DNA of 64,000 nucleotides. Origin: Acidobacteriota bacterium (GTDB lineage Bacteria > Acidobacteriota > UBA890). Shown here one piece after another: positions 62,411 through 64,000 of the stretch. The DNA lies in NCBI GenBank assembly GCA_965214245.1, contig CBDCBL010000009.1, positions 105,258-169,257 on the forward strand, in the 5' to 3' direction. The notes under the pieces were generated by a model that searched no databases, was not told the DNA's origin, and saw nothing but the letters and a program-made list of their open reading frames with translations. The translations under genes and the position numbers were made by a program. How positions within the stretch are numbered: position 1 is the first letter of the stretch; each line of letters begins with the position of its first letter.

Positions 62411-63168
62411 TGACGGAAATCGATCTTTCGGGCCGCGTGGCCCTGGTGACCGGAGCCTCGCGCGGCATCGGACGCGCCACGGCGAATGGACTCGCCGCCG
62501 CCGGCGCGTCGGTCCTCGTTCACTACCAGCAGCGTGCCGACGCCGCCAACGAGGTCGTCGCGGAGATCGAGGCGGCAGGTGGCCAGGCGTTGGCGTGCGC
62601 TGGAGAGGTCACCGACTCGGAGGCCGTCGGGGCGGTGGTGCAGGCGGCGATTGAGCGTTGGGGCAGGCTGGACATTTTGGTGTGCAACGCCGGCATCTGG
62701 AAGGGCGCACCGGTCGAATCGATGACCGAGGCTCAGTGGGACGAAATGATCGACGTCAACCTGAAGGGCATGTACCTGTGTACGCACTACGCTGTGGGGC
62801 ACATGATCGACCGGGCGAGCGGCTGCATCGTGAATATCTCGTCGACGGCAGGGCAGCGAGGAGAGGCCGGACACGCGCACTACGCTGCATCGAAGGGCGG
62901 CATGATCTCGTGGACGAAGTCGCTGGCCGGCGAGCTGGCGCCCCACGGCATACGGGTCAATTGCGTCGCTCCCGGGTGGGTCGAGACCGACATGGCGGCC
63001 GACGCATTCCAGCGCGACGGCGACAAGATCTTCTCCGAGATCCCGTTGGGTCGCGCCGCTCGTCCCGAGGAGATCGGCTCCGTGGTGTGCTTCCTGGCCA
63101 GCGATCTAGCGGCCTACATGACCGGAGAGATCGTCAACGTGAACGGCGGCAGCGTTCTGTGCGGCTAA
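62410..63168 (+). CDS. SDR-family oxidoreductase (3-oxoacyl-ACP reductase-like)
   Basis: TGATG junction; GRVALVTGASRGIGRA...VCNAGI...SSTAGQRGEAGHAHYAASKGG...VNCVAPGWVETDM...GEIVNVNGG. Confidence 0.85.
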   Translation: MTEIDLSGRVALVTGASRGIGRATANGLAAAGASVLVHYQQRADAANEVVAEIEAAGGQALACAGEVTDSEAVGAVVQAAIERWGRLDILVCNAGIWKGAPVESMTEAQWDEMIDVNLKGMYLCTHYAVGHMIDRASGCIVNISSTAGQRGEAGHAHYAASKGGMISWTKSLAGELAPHGIRVNCVAPGWVETDMAADAFQRDGDKIFSEIPLGRAARPEEIGSVVCFLASDLAAYMTGEIVNVNGGSVLCG

Positions 63169-63202
63169 CCCGGACTGTTCAACCTGAGTGCCCCACCCGC
63201 TG

Positions 63203-64000
63203 ATGCTCCCTTGGGCCATCATCCCGACGGCAGGCAAGGGCACTCGCTTGCTGCCGGAGACTGCCGAGGTTCCCAAGGTCCTGCTGCCTGTAGGGTCACG
63301 GACGATGCTCGAATGGACGCTGCGGGAGGCGGTCGCCGCCGGCGTACCGGCTGTCATCGTGGTGGTCTCCCCGGCGCACCCACAGGTGCGCACCTTCGTC
63401 GGGGCGTTGCGCGCCGGCGCGGTAGCGTGTCAAGCGGAAGCCGGATCTCAGGACGCGCCGGGCGCCTGGTTGCAGGGTGTGGAGATTCACTTCGTGGTGC
63501 AACCTGAGCCTATGGGCGTCGGCGACGCGCTCATCCGCTGTCGCGCGCTGACGGGCGGCGACGCGTTCGGGGTATTACTGCCCGATAACTGGTTTCATGC
63601 CGCCGAGCCGGCTCTGCGGCAGGTCGAGGCGGGCTTTCGCACCACCGGCGTTTCTGCCATCGGGCTCATCGAGGTGACGGTCGAACATGCCGGCATCTTG
63701 GGTAACGTGGGCGGCGTGACGCTCGAGCCGCTGGGTGGTCACACGCATCGGATCTTGAGCCTCCAGGAGAAAGCGGCCGGGAGCTTCGAGATCGATGGCA
63801 GCGGCGCAACCTTACGAGGCTGTGCCCGGTACGTTGTGGGCCCCGAGTTCTACGAGGCGCTCGCGGCTACGGGTCCCCCGGACGCGGGCGAATGGGATGA
63901 CGTCCCGGCGTTTCAGCGGCTCATCGCTGCGGGCGGGCTGATAGGCCAGGCGATCGAGGGTCGGTTCTTCGACGTCGGTCAGAAAGCCGGCTACGCGGCG
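63203..64000 (+). CDS. Sugar-phosphate nucleotidyltransferase (UTP--glucose-1-phosphate uridylyltransferase-like); 3-prime end runs off the window
   Basis: Absent from the ORF track because it has no stop in the window. My translation from the ATG at 63203 gives MLPWAIIPTAGKGTRLLPETAEVPKVLLPVGSRTMLEWTLREAVAAGV...QPEPMGVGDAL...LLPDNWF...RFFDVGQKAGY, which contains the G-x-G-T-R-x-x-P motif. Confidence 0.75.
   Translation, partial: MLPWAIIPTAGKGTRLLPETAEVPKVLLPVGSRTMLEWTLREAVAAGVPAVIVVVSPAHPQVRTFVGALRAGAVACQAEAGSQDAPGAWLQGVEIHFVVQPEPMGVGDALIRCRALTGGDAFGVLLPDNWFHAAEPALRQVEAGFRTTGVSAIGLIEVTVEHAGILGNVGGVTLEPLGGHTHRILSLQEKAAGSFEIDGSGATLRGCARYVVGPEFYEALAATGPPDAGEWDDVPAFQRLIAAGGLIGQAIEGRFFDVGQKAGYAA

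Overview
This is a high-GC (roughly 65% by eye) chromosomal segment from a diderm bacterium, since BamA, LolCDE-type, LpxD/FabZ/LpxA/LpxI and Tat/lipoprotein signals are present. A MacB/FtsX 'ADOP-like' permease and an 'NWFEELK' C-terminal tail resemble Acidobacteriota-type genomes, but that is inference only.

Most of the window is tightly packed housekeeping sequence, often with ATGA/GTGA start-stop overlaps:
- GT2-methyltransferase, smc, recG-rsmD-coaD, aspC-like, uvrB-uvrC
- site-2 protease, scpA-scpB-rluB-cmk-rpsA-ihfB
- HIT, two acyl-CoA dehydrogenases, and a split B12 acyl-CoA mutase with an isobutyryl-CoA-mutase-type active-site signature
- trxA, yceD-rpmF-plsX-fabD-fabG-acpP-fabF (no fabH), lysS-lolC/E-lolD, clpC
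- bamA-lpxD-fabZ-lpxA-lpxI-oxidoreductase, then ybdK-like, pcm, MBL hydrolase, PmtA-like methyltransferase, SDR and a nucleotidyltransferase

Two patches are accessory or damaged:
1. 1.5-5.5 kb, next to tRNA-Thr(CGU). It holds a truncated amidohydrolase, a complete IS3-family element abutting a truncated IS256-family element, an orphan HNH nuclease with a duplicated N-terminal module, and a gene tail remnant.
2. 22.35-25.8 kb. It holds a large HNH-nuclease gene broken by two -1 frame changes and carrying in-frame tandem repeats, an orphan lipoprotein, and another gene-tail remnant.

The most unusual coherent unit is a four-gene operon at 25.8-29.3 kb. It encodes two thiolase-fold proteins that lack the nucleophilic Cys and two DUF35/OB-fold proteins that lack the Zn-ribbon cysteines. 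It also contains a diverged 68-bp tandem duplication that creates a 23-codon 'relay' ORF between two coupled genes.

I see no CRISPR array, reverse transcriptase, integrase, obvious toxin-antitoxin pair or complete defence operon. I cannot support a claim of a self-contained novel multi-gene system beyond the candidates listed. All product calls come from motif recognition by eye, with no database search.
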